The translations under genes were made by a program, and so were the position numbers. Of a stretch of DNA of 60,111 nt, positions 18,557 through 28,351 are shown piece by piece (position 1 is the stretch's first letter; the number at the start of each line of letters is the position of its first letter). Source of the stretch: Allosphingosinicella sp. (lineage in GTDB: Bacteria > Pseudomonadota > Alphaproteobacteria > Sphingomonadales > Sphingomonadaceae); the NCBI GenBank assembly GCA_046715355.1, contig JBKJZJ010000214.1, positions 1 to 60,111 of the forward strand, written 5' to 3'. The notes under the pieces are model-generated. The model was not told the origin of the DNA. It did not search any database and saw only the letters and a program-made list of their open reading frames with translations.

Positions 18557-20323
18557 ATGAGCCTATCGGTTTGGATTCAGCAGCTGCCGAACCACATGAC
18601 CGAAGCCTTTGGCAGCGCGCGGGGGCTCGTGAGCCGGCACGCCATGCGCAACCTCGGGCTGATAAGCGCCCTGATCCTCACCATGGTGGCGACGGCGCTC
18701 GGGCTCACCGACCTGATCGCGGCGTCCGAGGCCGGGGAGGTTGGCCCGATTGAGTCCGTGGTCGTTGGGGCCCTGGCGGGCACTGCCATCCTGACGATGT
18801 GGCTCGCGCTCGAATTTGCGATCGAAGCGCAAAGCTGGGGCCGCCGCGTGCTGGCGCTGCTCATCTATGTCATGCTGGTTCTTTGGTCGGTCGGCTTCGG
18901 CTTCGGCTTCTACTGGCGGCACCTGGCCTCGATTGGAATCGCGCAGGACGACACCACCGCCATGATGCGGCGGGTCGACGAAAGCCTCGACACGGCGGCG
19001 ACCAACCTGACGACCATTCGCATGCAACTCCGTGCCCTGTCCGAGGATACGCAGGCACGCGCGAGCCAGGAAGGAAGGCAGGGCGACGCCTGCGACGGAG
19101 TCGACACTGGCCGGGGCGAAGGCGACTATTGGAATCTTCGGACCCAGATGTCCAACGACGTCAACCTGCTCATTCGCGGGATGAGCATCTGGATCGGCGG
19201 CGGGGTGGAAATCCGTGAGGGCGTCAAGGATCCCCTGATCGCTCAAATCGAGGCACTCGACGTGCAAGCGACGAGGGATCAGGCGGAATTCGCCGCTGGA
19301 ACGCGTGATCCGGCCCTCATGCGCCGCAGGCTCGCCAATCTCGGCGACCAGGCGAGGAGCGTCCTCGGCCGCGCTAATGCGATCATCAACGGCAAGGATG
19401 CCTATATTGCAAGCCTTAGAGCGCTGTCGAGAAGGCTCAGGGCGGGCTATCTCGATGCGGCAGGCCATCGTTGCAAGGACAGCGCCCTCGCCGACAGCCT
19501 TGACCGCGCGGCAGGGCAGCTGGGCAGGCTGGCGCCGATTTCCCTGAATGAGGCCAACCTCGACCCGCAGCTCGGGGCGCGGGCGACGCAGTTCGCGTTC
19601 AACAGGCTCTGGAAGAACGCCTTTGCCATCCTCCCCGGAGACCAGGTCGAGCAGGGCGGTGGCCTGACCGACAGGGACCTCCAGGCGCTGGTCGCCGCGA
19701 TCGTCGTCGATATCGTCATCTTCTTCCTGACGGTCTTTGGCCGGCGGAGCGACCCGACGGGAAGCCTGGCCAGGCTGCTCCGCGGGGCGTCCGTCGATTC
19801 CGAGCTGCTGCGGCGGCTCCAGCGCCAGATCAACCCGCAGGGCGGCGCGCTGCGCGCCTTGTTCGACAGGTCCGTGGTTCGCTTTCGCGACCGCCTCTAT
19901 TTGGTGACCAGCGAGGATTTGCCGGCGCGCTACGATCCGATCCGACACCTGCAGACCGTGCTCCTGGCCGCGGGCGAGGTCGCCTTCGTTCCGCTGTCGG
20001 GCCCGAGAGGATGGACGCCGGACAGGGCGGCCACGCTGGCGGCGGTCCAGCGCCATTTGACCCAGGCCGGCGGCGGGCCCGGGGGCGACCCCGAACTGGC
20101 CGCGACGGCCGGCTTCGCTCCGGAGCGCGTGTCGGCGGTGCGGATGAGGGCGGAACTCGTGCTCGCGCTGCAGCGCCTGTTCTCGTACCGCCAGGACGAG
20201 GCGGAAAACGATCCTGTCACGGAGCCAGCTGGCGCCGGGAACGCGGGAGGGGGCGGGAGCGAGGCATCCTCACCTCGCGACGCTGGAGAAGGTCAAGGCG
20301 GGCCGGATGGGAGCCCCCGGTAG
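18557..20323 (+). CDS. Membrane protein with large extracytoplasmic helical domain
   Basis: Three N-terminal TMs, long helical region with a Cys pair, fourth TM ALVAAIVVDIVIFFL. Confidence 0.75.
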   Translation: MSLSVWIQQLPNHMTEAFGSARGLVSRHAMRNLGLISALILTMVATALGLTDLIAASEAGEVGPIESVVVGALAGTAILTMWLALEFAIEAQSWGRRVLALLIYVMLVLWSVGFGFGFYWRHLASIGIAQDDTTAMMRRVDESLDTAATNLTTIRMQLRALSEDTQARASQEGRQGDACDGVDTGRGEGDYWNLRTQMSNDVNLLIRGMSIWIGGGVEIREGVKDPLIAQIEALDVQATRDQAEFAAGTRDPALMRRRLANLGDQARSVLGRANAIINGKDAYIASLRALSRRLRAGYLDAAGHRCKDSALADSLDRAAGQLGRLAPISLNEANLDPQLGARATQFAFNRLWKNAFAILPGDQVEQGGGLTDRDLQALVAAIVVDIVIFFLTVFGRRSDPTGSLARLLRGASVDSELLRRLQRQINPQGGALRALFDRSVVRFRDRLYLVTSEDLPARYDPIRHLQTVLLAAGEVAFVPLSGPRGWTPDRAATLAAVQRHLTQAGGGPGGDPELAATAGFAPERVSAVRMRAELVLALQRLFSYRQDEAENDPVTEPAGAGNAGGGGSEASSPRDAGEGQGGPDGSPR

Positions 20324-20767
20324 ATGGCCGGGGTCAGCTATGAGAGCCTGCTGAAGAGCATCCGGGACGCTCCGGTCGCCTCGGCCCGGCCGGACGATCC
20401 GTCCCTCCAGCCCGCGCCGCCGCAGGGCCAGACCTTTGAGGAGATGTTCGGCACCCACGCAACGACCCAAGGCGACGGCGACGCGGTCGCCAGCGAGCCG
20501 GCGCCGCCGCTTTTCGATCTCCGGCACGCGCGGCTGGCGTCCGGATGGGGGGGCGTCGCGGGCTTGGTGGTGGGGGCGTTCGTGGGGGCGAAGGGGGGCA
20601 TGGGCTGGCTCGTCATCGGCGCCGCGACCGGCACGGTGCTCGGTTCGATCGTGGGCATCGCCGTCTTGAGCCTCTTCGCGGGCGCCGTCCAACGGCTCGG
20701 CGCGCTATGGGCCATGATCCTGGCGGCGATTGCCGTCGGCATTGGCGCCGCGGTGATGGGTCGATGA
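20324..20767 (+). CDS. Glycine-zipper membrane protein
   Basis: GGVAGLVVGAFVG...GAATGTVLGSIVG; start directly follows the upstream stop. Confidence 0.65.
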   Translation: MAGVSYESLLKSIRDAPVASARPDDPSLQPAPPQGQTFEEMFGTHATTQGDGDAVASEPAPPLFDLRHARLASGWGGVAGLVVGAFVGAKGGMGWLVIGAATGTVLGSIVGIAVLSLFAGAVQRLGALWAMILAAIAVGIGAAVMGR

Positions 20768-20779
20768 GGAGATGACCGG

Positions 20780-21967
20780 ATGAGCGGGGAAAAATGCGGC
20801 CAGTATCGCGTCAATCGCAACGCCGAGCGGGAAGCGAGACGCCTGCGCGAGGCCCAGGAAGCGGCCGCCGCCGCGCGCAAGCGGCTCGAGGCGGCGCTTG
20901 CGCGCGGGCCCACATTGGCGGCGGGGGAGCAACCGCCCAACGCGGCACCGGACGTCACGGCCGAGATGCTCGATGCCTATGTCGCTGCGGCCAATGCGTT
21001 CAGCGTGACGCTCGAGCACCGGATCGCCAATAGCGAGGCGCTGAAGCAACTCCGGTCGGAGTCGGGCGGAGGAGACGCCGGGACCTGGAGCGGCCCGGCG
21101 GCGGACGCGTCGCATTCGTCACAGGAAACGGCCGCCTCGCGGTCGCCGACCGGCACTCCGGCAGAGCGCGAGGCGCGGCACGCACTCGTTTCGCGCCTTC
21201 TCGGCCGGCTTAGGGAGGCGACGGCCGAGGAATCCGAGCGGGTCATGACTCTGGCGAAGGCGCTGCTGGACTGCGACGACACCGTGGTCGCGGACAGGGT
21301 GGAGAAAGAACTGCGCCATGCGCTTCAGGAAGCCAATGCCGCGGGGGATGCGAGGCGGGCCGACGCCGCACGCGCCGAAGCCCTGCTCAGCCGGATCAGG
21401 GGGCTTGAAGGCGAAGCAATCGCCGACCTGCGCGGACGGCTGGAGGAAAGCGCCGCTGGCGGTCGTGCGCTACCGGCGAAAATCGAGGCCGCCGTGGAAG
21501 GCGCACGTGATGAGGAGATAGCGCGGTCGGACCGGGACTATGTCGCGCGCGTCTTCCGGGAGGAACTCGAAAATTGCGACTATCTCGTCGCCGACGATAG
21601 CGTCGAGACCGCGTTCGCTCGGGGGGGCCAGATCGTCGCTGCGGACGAACGCAACCCAGGCTATGCAGTCGAGATCAACGCCGACCCGGAGACCAGGAAA
21701 TTTGAGATGAGGGTGGTTAGGCTGGACGATCCGGGTCCCTGGTCGCCGTTGCGCGATCAGCGCGACAGGGGGGTGGAGGATCGTTTTTGCGAAAGCCAGC
21801 AGCGGGTTCGCGATCGAATGCGCGAGGCCGGCATCGAAAGCTGGCTGACCGAGCACAAGCGCGCCGGTGAGGTCGCCGTGGCAACGCTCGTGCCGGCGGC
21901 CGGGCGCAAGGCGGACGTCGCCCCCAGGAAGAAGCAGCCGCGCGCCGCGCCGCTTCCGAGATCGTGA
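20780..21967 (+). CDS. Coiled-coil protein with C-terminal alpha/beta domain
   Basis: RBS gaggag; MSGEKC N-terminus; overlaps the AAA gene start. Confidence 0.8.
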   Translation: MSGEKCGQYRVNRNAEREARRLREAQEAAAAARKRLEAALARGPTLAAGEQPPNAAPDVTAEMLDAYVAAANAFSVTLEHRIANSEALKQLRSESGGGDAGTWSGPAADASHSSQETAASRSPTGTPAEREARHALVSRLLGRLREATAEESERVMTLAKALLDCDDTVVADRVEKELRHALQEANAAGDARRADAARAEALLSRIRGLEGEAIADLRGRLEESAAGGRALPAKIEAAVEGARDEEIARSDRDYVARVFREELENCDYLVADDSVETAFARGGQIVAADERNPGYAVEINADPETRKFEMRVVRLDDPGPWSPLRDQRDRGVEDRFCESQQRVRDRMREAGIESWLTEHKRAGEVAVATLVPAAGRKADVAPRKKQPRAAPLPRS

Positions 21968-23841
21968 TGGATGTCGGCGCCTCTCCCGATCCAGCTCCGG
22001 CGTCGCGCTGGCCGCGCTGGCTCGAGGAGATCGACCAGACCTTGTCGATCTGCCCGCAATTCTTGCTCTATGGAAACATCCGCGACAGGTACCTCATTCC
22101 GATCGATGACACGCAATTGGCCCAAGCCTCGCTGGTCGACGCGCTGTGGGCGCGGCTTCGGTCGCGCGGCTACGAGTTTCTGCTGCTGTACGATCCCACG
22201 CTCGGGCTTTCGATTCATCCCTCCAATGCTGCCGCGGCGGCGGCGCCGACGCTGTCTCTTGCCGCGGTGACTGCACGGGAGCGTTCGCCAGGCGGGGAGG
22301 GCGGCCACGATGTCGCGCCGGGCCAGATCGCCCGCCTGATCGAGGCAGTCTACAAGTCGGGCCGATGCGGCCTGGTCCTCCAGAACGCGTCCCGGTTGCT
22401 GCAGTCGGCGGCCGAGCTTTCGGCCGACAACCTGAACCTGTTTGCCGCGTGCGCGCAATATGCCCAGGCCGCCGTGCCGCGACAGGTCGCGCCTCCCCAG
22501 AAACAGCCCTTGTTCAATCCCGTCTTCTGGCTGGTGGACGCGATGCGCGACCTGCCGCCCTGGCTCGCCGCGGCTGGCGAACGGAGCCGCTCGATCTCGG
22601 TGGCGCATCCCGACACCGAGGCGCGCCAAGTCGCTGCGTTGCAGCTTGCGCGCTTGGTGGAGCCCAGGCTGGACGAACAGGAAGCCGCGCAGGCGGCAGA
22701 CCAGTTCGCCGCACGCACGGAAGGGCTGACCCTGAAGGAAATGGAGGCGGTCGCCTGCCTCGCGCGCGATCAGGGGGTGCCGATGGCGGGGATCGCCGAC
22801 GCGATCCGCTGCTACAAGGTCGGAGTAACCGACGATCCCTGGAGCAAGCCGTTTCTGCAGACCAAAATCGCCAATGGCGAAGAGGAGATTCGAAAGGACG
22901 TAAAGGGCCAGGAGGTCGCGGTCCGGCAGACTCTCGATATCCTCATCCGCTCGGTGATGGGACTGCACGGCGCCCAGGCATCGAGTTCGTCGAACCGTCC
23001 TCGCGGCGTGCTGTTCTTCGCCGGGCCGACCGGGGTCGGCAAGACCGAGCTGGCCAAAGCGGTCAGCAAGCTCGTCTTCGGAGACGTGGATGCTTGCCTG
23101 CGCTTCGACATGAGCGAATTCTCGTCCGAGCATAGCGACGCGCGCCTGATCGGCGCGCCGCCGGGCTATATCGGCTATGACGCCGGCGGTGAATTGGTGA
23201 ACGCGATCCGGCAGCGCCCGTTCAGCGTTGTCCTGTTCGACGAGATAGAGAAGGCGCATCCGCGCATTCTCGACAAGTTTCTCCAGATCCTGGAGGACGG
23301 CCGCCTGACCGACGGCCGCGGCGACACCGTCTATTTCTCCGAAGCGGTGCTGATCTTCACCTCGAACCTCGGCATCGTCGGCCTCGGCGACGACGAGGCC
23401 GCGCGCGCCCCGCTCCACCCCGACGTGCATTCCTATGAACAGGTCGAAAGCCGGGTGCGGCAAGGCATCGAACACCATTTCCGGAACGTGCTCGGGCGCC
23501 CCGAAATCCTCAATCGCCTCGGCGAGAACATTGTCGTGTTCGATTTCATCCGCGCTCCCATCCCCGAGGAGATTTTCGACAAAGCGGTGCACAACGTATT
23601 CGATCGAGTCGCGCGAACGCGCCAGCTCAGGCTGAGCTTCGCACCGGGCGTGCGTGAAAAGCTGCTCGGCGTCTGCACGGAAAGCCTCGACCATGGCGGC
23701 CGCGGCATCGGCAACAAGCTCGAGCAGGCACTGGTGAACCCGCTCGCGCGCGCTTTGTTCGCGCAACGGCCGCGCGGCCCCGACGTTCTCATCGCGGACT
23801 TCGTTCACGAAGGCGGCAAATATTCGGTGCGGCTGGCATGA
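21964..23841 (+). CDS. AAA+ ATPase with ClpA/ClpB D2-type module and degenerate N-terminal AAA-like region
   Basis: FAGPTGVGKTELAK, RFDMSEF, LIGAPPGYIGY, LFDEIEKAHP, LQILEDGRLTD. Confidence 0.92.
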   Translation: MMDVGASPDPAPASRWPRWLEEIDQTLSICPQFLLYGNIRDRYLIPIDDTQLAQASLVDALWARLRSRGYEFLLLYDPTLGLSIHPSNAAAAAAPTLSLAAVTARERSPGGEGGHDVAPGQIARLIEAVYKSGRCGLVLQNASRLLQSAAELSADNLNLFAACAQYAQAAVPRQVAPPQKQPLFNPVFWLVDAMRDLPPWLAAAGERSRSISVAHPDTEARQVAALQLARLVEPRLDEQEAAQAADQFAARTEGLTLKEMEAVACLARDQGVPMAGIADAIRCYKVGVTDDPWSKPFLQTKIANGEEEIRKDVKGQEVAVRQTLDILIRSVMGLHGAQASSSSNRPRGVLFFAGPTGVGKTELAKAVSKLVFGDVDACLRFDMSEFSSEHSDARLIGAPPGYIGYDAGGELVNAIRQRPFSVVLFDEIEKAHPRILDKFLQILEDGRLTDGRGDTVYFSEAVLIFTSNLGIVGLGDDEAARAPLHPDVHSYEQVESRVRQGIEHHFRNVLGRPEILNRLGENIVVFDFIRAPIPEEIFDKAVHNVFDRVARTRQLRLSFAPGVREKLLGVCTESLDHGGRGIGNKLEQALVNPLARALFAQRPRGPDVLIADFVHEGGKYSVRLA

Positions 23842-24488
23842 ATATCTCGATCAACCGCCTTCACTATCCGGTGACTGCGCTCGGGCCGGGACGTCGCATC
23901 GGCATCTGGGTGCAGGGCTGCTCGATCGGTTGCCGCGGCTGCGCGTCACGCGACACCTGGCCGGCTTCCGCGGAAACGCGGGTCGAAATCTCGGCTATCG
24001 TGCAATGGTGCCTCGCCAAAGGCGGGGAGGCCGATGGCGTCACCATCAGCGGCGGAGAGCCGTTCGAACAGCCAGAGGCGCTGGAGCAGCTCCTGCGCGC
24101 GCTCGATGCGTGGCGCCGCGACGAACAGCGCGACATCGACTTCCTTTGCTATAGCGGGTTGCCGGCGGCGAGGCTCCGTCGCGACTTCCCGTCCCTGCTG
24201 GACCAGCTCGACGCCATCGTCCCCGAGCCATTCGTCGAGCGCCTGCCCACCGACGCAGCCTGGCGGGGTTCGGCGAATCAGCCGCTCCTTCCCCTCTCTC
24301 CCTTGGGGCGTCGGCTTTACGGGGCCGACGGCGCCCTGGCTGGTGCGGCGGAAGGCCGGATGCAGGTCGCCGTCGCCGAGGGGCAGGTTTGGCTGATCGG
24401 CATCCCCAGGCGCGGCGATCTCGATCGCCTGCTGGAAGCCGGCGAACGGCGCGGCGTGACAATGGAGGCGGCATCGTGGCGCGCGTGA
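23838..24488 (+). CDS. NrdG-like radical SAM protein
   Basis: GPGRRIGIWVQGCSIGCRGC (CxxxCxxC), GVTISGGEPFEQ, WRGSANQ. Confidence 0.92.
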   Translation: MNISINRLHYPVTALGPGRRIGIWVQGCSIGCRGCASRDTWPASAETRVEISAIVQWCLAKGGEADGVTISGGEPFEQPEALEQLLRALDAWRRDEQRDIDFLCYSGLPAARLRRDFPSLLDQLDAIVPEPFVERLPTDAAWRGSANQPLLPLSPLGRRLYGADGALAGAAEGRMQVAVAEGQVWLIGIPRRGDLDRLLEAGERRGVTMEAASWRA

Positions 24489-24931
24489 AAATCTGTCCGG
24501 TCTGCAAGCACCACAATGGGGAGCTGGAGGATCAATGTCAGAACTGCCCGGCCTTTCTGATTGGCGTCATTGCCAGGGAACCATCCGAAATCGGCCTCGA
24601 GGAGACGATCACGCCGACCGAAGCGCCGACCGAGCCACCCGTCCTGGTTCTCATATTCCCTTGGGGTGAGGAGACGATCGGGGAGGAGACGCTGCTTGGC
24701 GTCGACAATCCCCGCTTTGGCGCGCGCATCGACGGCGCCGCCAATGGCGACCGCGTGTCCGGCGCCCATGCAATGGTTTGGTGCCGCGACAACCGGTTCT
24801 TCATCCGCCACCTCAGCACGACCAACCTCACATTTCTGGACGACGAGGAAGTCGAGGAGGAAGCGGAGCTGCGCGACGGCCAGAGGCTCTCTTTGTCCCG
24901 CCATTTTCATCTCACCGTGCGGATCCGATAG
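24476..24931 (+). CDS. Zinc-ribbon plus FHA domain protein
   Basis: GTG start after ggaggcgg; CPVC-x9-CQNC; VSGAHA...HLSTTNLT. Confidence 0.82.
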   Translation: MARVKICPVCKHHNGELEDQCQNCPAFLIGVIAREPSEIGLEETITPTEAPTEPPVLVLIFPWGEETIGEETLLGVDNPRFGARIDGAANGDRVSGAHAMVWCRDNRFFIRHLSTTNLTFLDDEEVEEEAELRDGQRLSLSRHFHLTVRIR

Positions 24932-24935
24932 CGCC

Positions 24936-25715
24936 ATGGTCTTGCGCGCCTCGATCACCGCCTTCACGCATCCCGGGCTGGACCGCGGCCAGAACGAGGA
25001 CGCGGTCGCAGTCGGCGCCTGGGTTGGCGAGGGAACGCTTTGGCGGCCCTGGCGCGCACGGCTCATCGTCGACCGGCCGCAGCTCTGCGTCATCGCGGAC
25101 GGGATGGGCGGTCATGCCGGCGGCGCGGTCGCCAGCGCCGCCGTTGTCCGCCATCTCGCGGAGGCAAGCGGACGGATGTTGAACGCCGCGGCCGTCGATC
25201 GCGTCATCGATGGCGCCGATCGCCTGCTTCACGACCGGGCCGGGCGCGACCCGGCGCTGGCCGGCATGGGCACGACGGTCGTCGGCCTGGTGCTGGCGCC
25301 TGAACGGCTGATCTGGTTCAATGTAGGCGACAGCCGGCTCTATCGGTATCGCGAAGGCTTCCTGCGCCAGCTCAGCATCGACGACGTGCCCGGTGGCGGG
25401 TTCCAGCAGCGCGAGGGGCCGCGGCAATCGCATCTCCTGTCGGCGTCGCTGGGCGGCCGCGAGCGCGGGCGGCCCGATCCCCATATCGGAGTCGAGGAGC
25501 CGCCGCCCGCCGTCTCGCGCTGGCTGCTGTGCAGCGACGGGGTCACCGACATGATGAGCCCCGCCGAGATGGAAGAGGCGATGGCTGCGGACGATCTTGA
25601 CGCCTGGACGGGCTTGTTTGCAGGCGTGATGGAGGCCGGCGCCACCGACAATTTCTCGATCCTGCTCGTCACGCTCGATGAAATCCCGGCGGGGGAGGCA
25701 CGGAATGGCACGTAG
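24936..25715 (+). CDS. PP2C-family Ser/Thr phosphatase
   Basis: RGQNED, IADGMGGHAGG, NVGDSRLY, LCSDG and DN motifs. Confidence 0.93.
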   Translation: MVLRASITAFTHPGLDRGQNEDAVAVGAWVGEGTLWRPWRARLIVDRPQLCVIADGMGGHAGGAVASAAVVRHLAEASGRMLNAAAVDRVIDGADRLLHDRAGRDPALAGMGTTVVGLVLAPERLIWFNVGDSRLYRYREGFLRQLSIDDVPGGGFQQREGPRQSHLLSASLGGRERGRPDPHIGVEEPPPAVSRWLLCSDGVTDMMSPAEMEEAMAADDLDAWTGLFAGVMEAGATDNFSILLVTLDEIPAGEARNGT

Positions 25716-27537
25716 GACACGCCGCGATGACGAGCCGGAAGAGCCGGCTGCCGGTGGCGGCAGGCGCAGGACCCGGCGCGACGAGGAGGATGGCTGGACC
25801 GCCAGCCCCGGCGGCGACGCCGACGATGACGACCCGATGTTCAAATGGCCGGAAGACCTCCGGCGCAACTGGCAACTTATCCGACGGCTGAAGTCGGGCG
25901 GTGAATCCGCATTGTTCCTCGTGCGAGGCCTGAACCCCGACAATCAGGGCGAGAGGGTCATCAAGATCTACGATCTGCGCATAAGGCCCTCGGCGGCGGT
26001 GGTCGACCGCGTCGCGCGCTTCGATCCGGCGCACGTGGTGCGGATGTACGAGCATTTTGCGCTCGGGCCGCGATGGATCGAAATTCTCGAATATCTCGAG
26101 CATGGATCGCTGGAAGACCTGGCGCTGTCGGAGGCGCTGCCGCACAGCCCGGAGCGGATCAGGGCCGTGATCGAGGAGCTTCACGGCGCCTTGGCTCACA
26201 TCCACGCGGCCGAGATCGTCCATCGCGACATCAAGCCGGGGAACATCCTCATCCGCGGCCTGGAGCCGCTCGACCTGGTTCTCACCGACTTTGGCATCGC
26301 CTCCTATCTCGATGGCTTCAGCGAGCACGTCACCAGTGAGAACAGGACCGAGGCCTATGCCTCGCCGGAGGCCCAGGACGGTACGGTCCAGCCGCTCAGC
26401 GATTGGTGGTCGGTCGGAATCTTGCTGGTCGAGATGCTCACCGGCCGCCACCCGTTCGCCGCGGCGCAGGAAGGGCGGCGGTTCATTTCGGGCGTCCAGA
26501 TCAGGGAACGGCTGGTGAACCAGGATGTCGAACAGCTGGTGGCCGGCGTTCCGGAGGCCTTCCTGCTGCTTTGTCGCGGCCTGCTCCGGCGGCACACACG
26601 CAACCGTTGGGGCGCGAAACAGGTTCGCCAGTGGCTCGACGGAGGCCCCGATCCGAACGTCGAAGCCGAAGCCCCGCCCGGCCGCCCGGCCTTCGTGTTC
26701 GCCGGCACCGGGCGCGAGCATTATGCGCTCCGGGACGTCGCTCGCGCCCTGTCCGAACATTGGTCCCAGGGCGTGACGAGCTACGGTCGCGGCGAGCTTC
26801 AGGCCTGGCTCTACCAGGCCTGCGACGGGGCCATGCTGGCGTCCGTCCGCCAGATCGACGAGGAATCGCGACGCGGGGACTATCCGTTCAACGATGCGCT
26901 GTATCGCACCATCATCGCAATCGATCCCGCGATCACTCCAAGCTATCGCGGCTACACGCTGAATGAAACGGGGCTGACCCGGCTGTCCCGGGAGGCGCTC
27001 GAGGGCGGCGCGCAGGCGCTGGACGTCTTGCGCGAGATATTCGAGTTCGGCTGCATGTCCACTTACTCCGCCATGCGCGGAGCGGCCTGGCACATACAAA
27101 CGGAGGAGCTCTGGCAGAGCCAGGTTCGAGGCTATGTGCGGCTCGCCCCGCTTGTCCCAGTCGATCACCGCGGCATTCTTGAGCGGACCCTGCCGATGGC
27201 GGTCGCGGCCGGGTTGCGGGCCTCGTTGGCGGGCGAGGCCGGCTGGGCGCGGATGCTCCGCGACCAGACGCTGGCCGGCAGGCTGGTCGGACGGTACACG
27301 CCGCCATGGTACGAGCAGCTGCAATCGAGCATCCCGGTGCTGTCGAGCGCGGCTTTGGTCGGCCTTCGGGCGCTTCAGCCAGCGGCGAGGGAGGAAGCGA
27401 GCCTCGAGGAGCAAAGGCGGCGCGATGCCCGAGCCGTGGCGCTCGGGCGCGCGATGACAGCCTCGCGGGTGATCGGCATGCTCGCCATCGCCGCCTTGGC
27501 CGTGCTCGGCGTCGCGGCATTGCTCGGCTATGTTTGA
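25705..27537 (+). CDS. Hanks-type Ser/Thr kinase with C-terminal membrane anchor
   Basis: SGGES loop, VIKIY, HRDIKPGN, DFG, YASPE, DWWSVG; terminal TM. Confidence 0.95.
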   Translation: MARRTRRDDEPEEPAAGGGRRRTRRDEEDGWTASPGGDADDDDPMFKWPEDLRRNWQLIRRLKSGGESALFLVRGLNPDNQGERVIKIYDLRIRPSAAVVDRVARFDPAHVVRMYEHFALGPRWIEILEYLEHGSLEDLALSEALPHSPERIRAVIEELHGALAHIHAAEIVHRDIKPGNILIRGLEPLDLVLTDFGIASYLDGFSEHVTSENRTEAYASPEAQDGTVQPLSDWWSVGILLVEMLTGRHPFAAAQEGRRFISGVQIRERLVNQDVEQLVAGVPEAFLLLCRGLLRRHTRNRWGAKQVRQWLDGGPDPNVEAEAPPGRPAFVFAGTGREHYALRDVARALSEHWSQGVTSYGRGELQAWLYQACDGAMLASVRQIDEESRRGDYPFNDALYRTIIAIDPAITPSYRGYTLNETGLTRLSREALEGGAQALDVLREIFEFGCMSTYSAMRGAAWHIQTEELWQSQVRGYVRLAPLVPVDHRGILERTLPMAVAAGLRASLAGEAGWARMLRDQTLAGRLVGRYTPPWYEQLQSSIPVLSSAALVGLRALQPAAREEASLEEQRRRDARAVALGRAMTASRVIGMLAIAALAVLGVAALLGYV

Positions 27538-27571
27538 CGACTCCTCACGGCGTTGAGGAGATGAGGTTGGG

Positions 27572-27769
27572 TCAGCGCCGGTCGACCCAGGCCTTTGCGA
27601 TTTCAAACGCGGTCACCCGATCATTGGGTCTTTCGTAAAAGTCGTGATGACCGCCGAAGAGACCGCTCTGGGTCACGAACATTTTATGACTGCGCTCGTC
27701 CCACTTGATGGTCCATCCTCGATAATCGCCAAGGCGTAGAAAGGGCACTATGTCTTCCAGTTTCGTCAA
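27572..27769 (-). CDS. Small hypothetical protein (65 aa, lower GC)
   Basis: Protein-like composition YRGWTIKWD...AFEIAKAWVD; weak start. Confidence 0.5.
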   Translation of the reverse strand: MTKLEDIVPFLRLGDYRGWTIKWDERSHKMFVTQSGLFGGHHDFYERPNDRVTAFEIAKAWVDRR

Positions 27770-28351
27770 TCTAGATGGCAGATAAACCTGAATTGGAGTG
27801 CACGTAAAGGGGGAGCATAGCTGTCTTGGCTTTAGCGCGACTTCTATCGATACGCACGAGGCATCTCAACAATTGATATTGGCGAACATAGAGGCTGACG
27901 GAGGCCCTTTCCCGGACTCGCGCATTGGACGTCCAGCGGCGCACATGTAGGTGCAAATGAGGGAACGCCGGCGACTCTTCCACCAAATCTCTTGTGATAG
28001 CATCGGATAATGCGACTAGGACGCGGACGATATGTCCTCTCAATCAAGAAGTATCGACCAATCGCGGCGGTTTGCCCATCGCGAAGGAGGGGGCCTCGGG
28101 CCTTCCAGAGCTGCAACTTGGAGATCGCCGCGAAACATGAAAGCGCATGTGGTAGGAGATGTGGGAGAACGCACTACCATCCAACAGAAAGTCGCACGGT
28201 ACCATAAATCTGACGGTGGGGTTTCGACGGAGGATTCCTCCGCCAATCTCGTCGGCCGCGACCGACGCTCGTAAGCTGCAACGCTGACAGACCAGGTTTC
28301 CGCGGTTGCGGGTACCCGACCAGTTGGCCTAGCCTCAAGCCGCAAGGATCG

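Noticed and set aside
23838-24488. nrdG gene symbol
   Set aside because: No nrdD in the window and the context is unrelated, so orthology is unsupported
21964-27537. Type VI secretion cluster (ClpV, Fha, PppA, PpkA) or TerY-P triad
   Set aside because: No Hcp, VgrG, TssB/C or membrane complex genes, no vWA TerY, and the ATPase has only one intact AAA module
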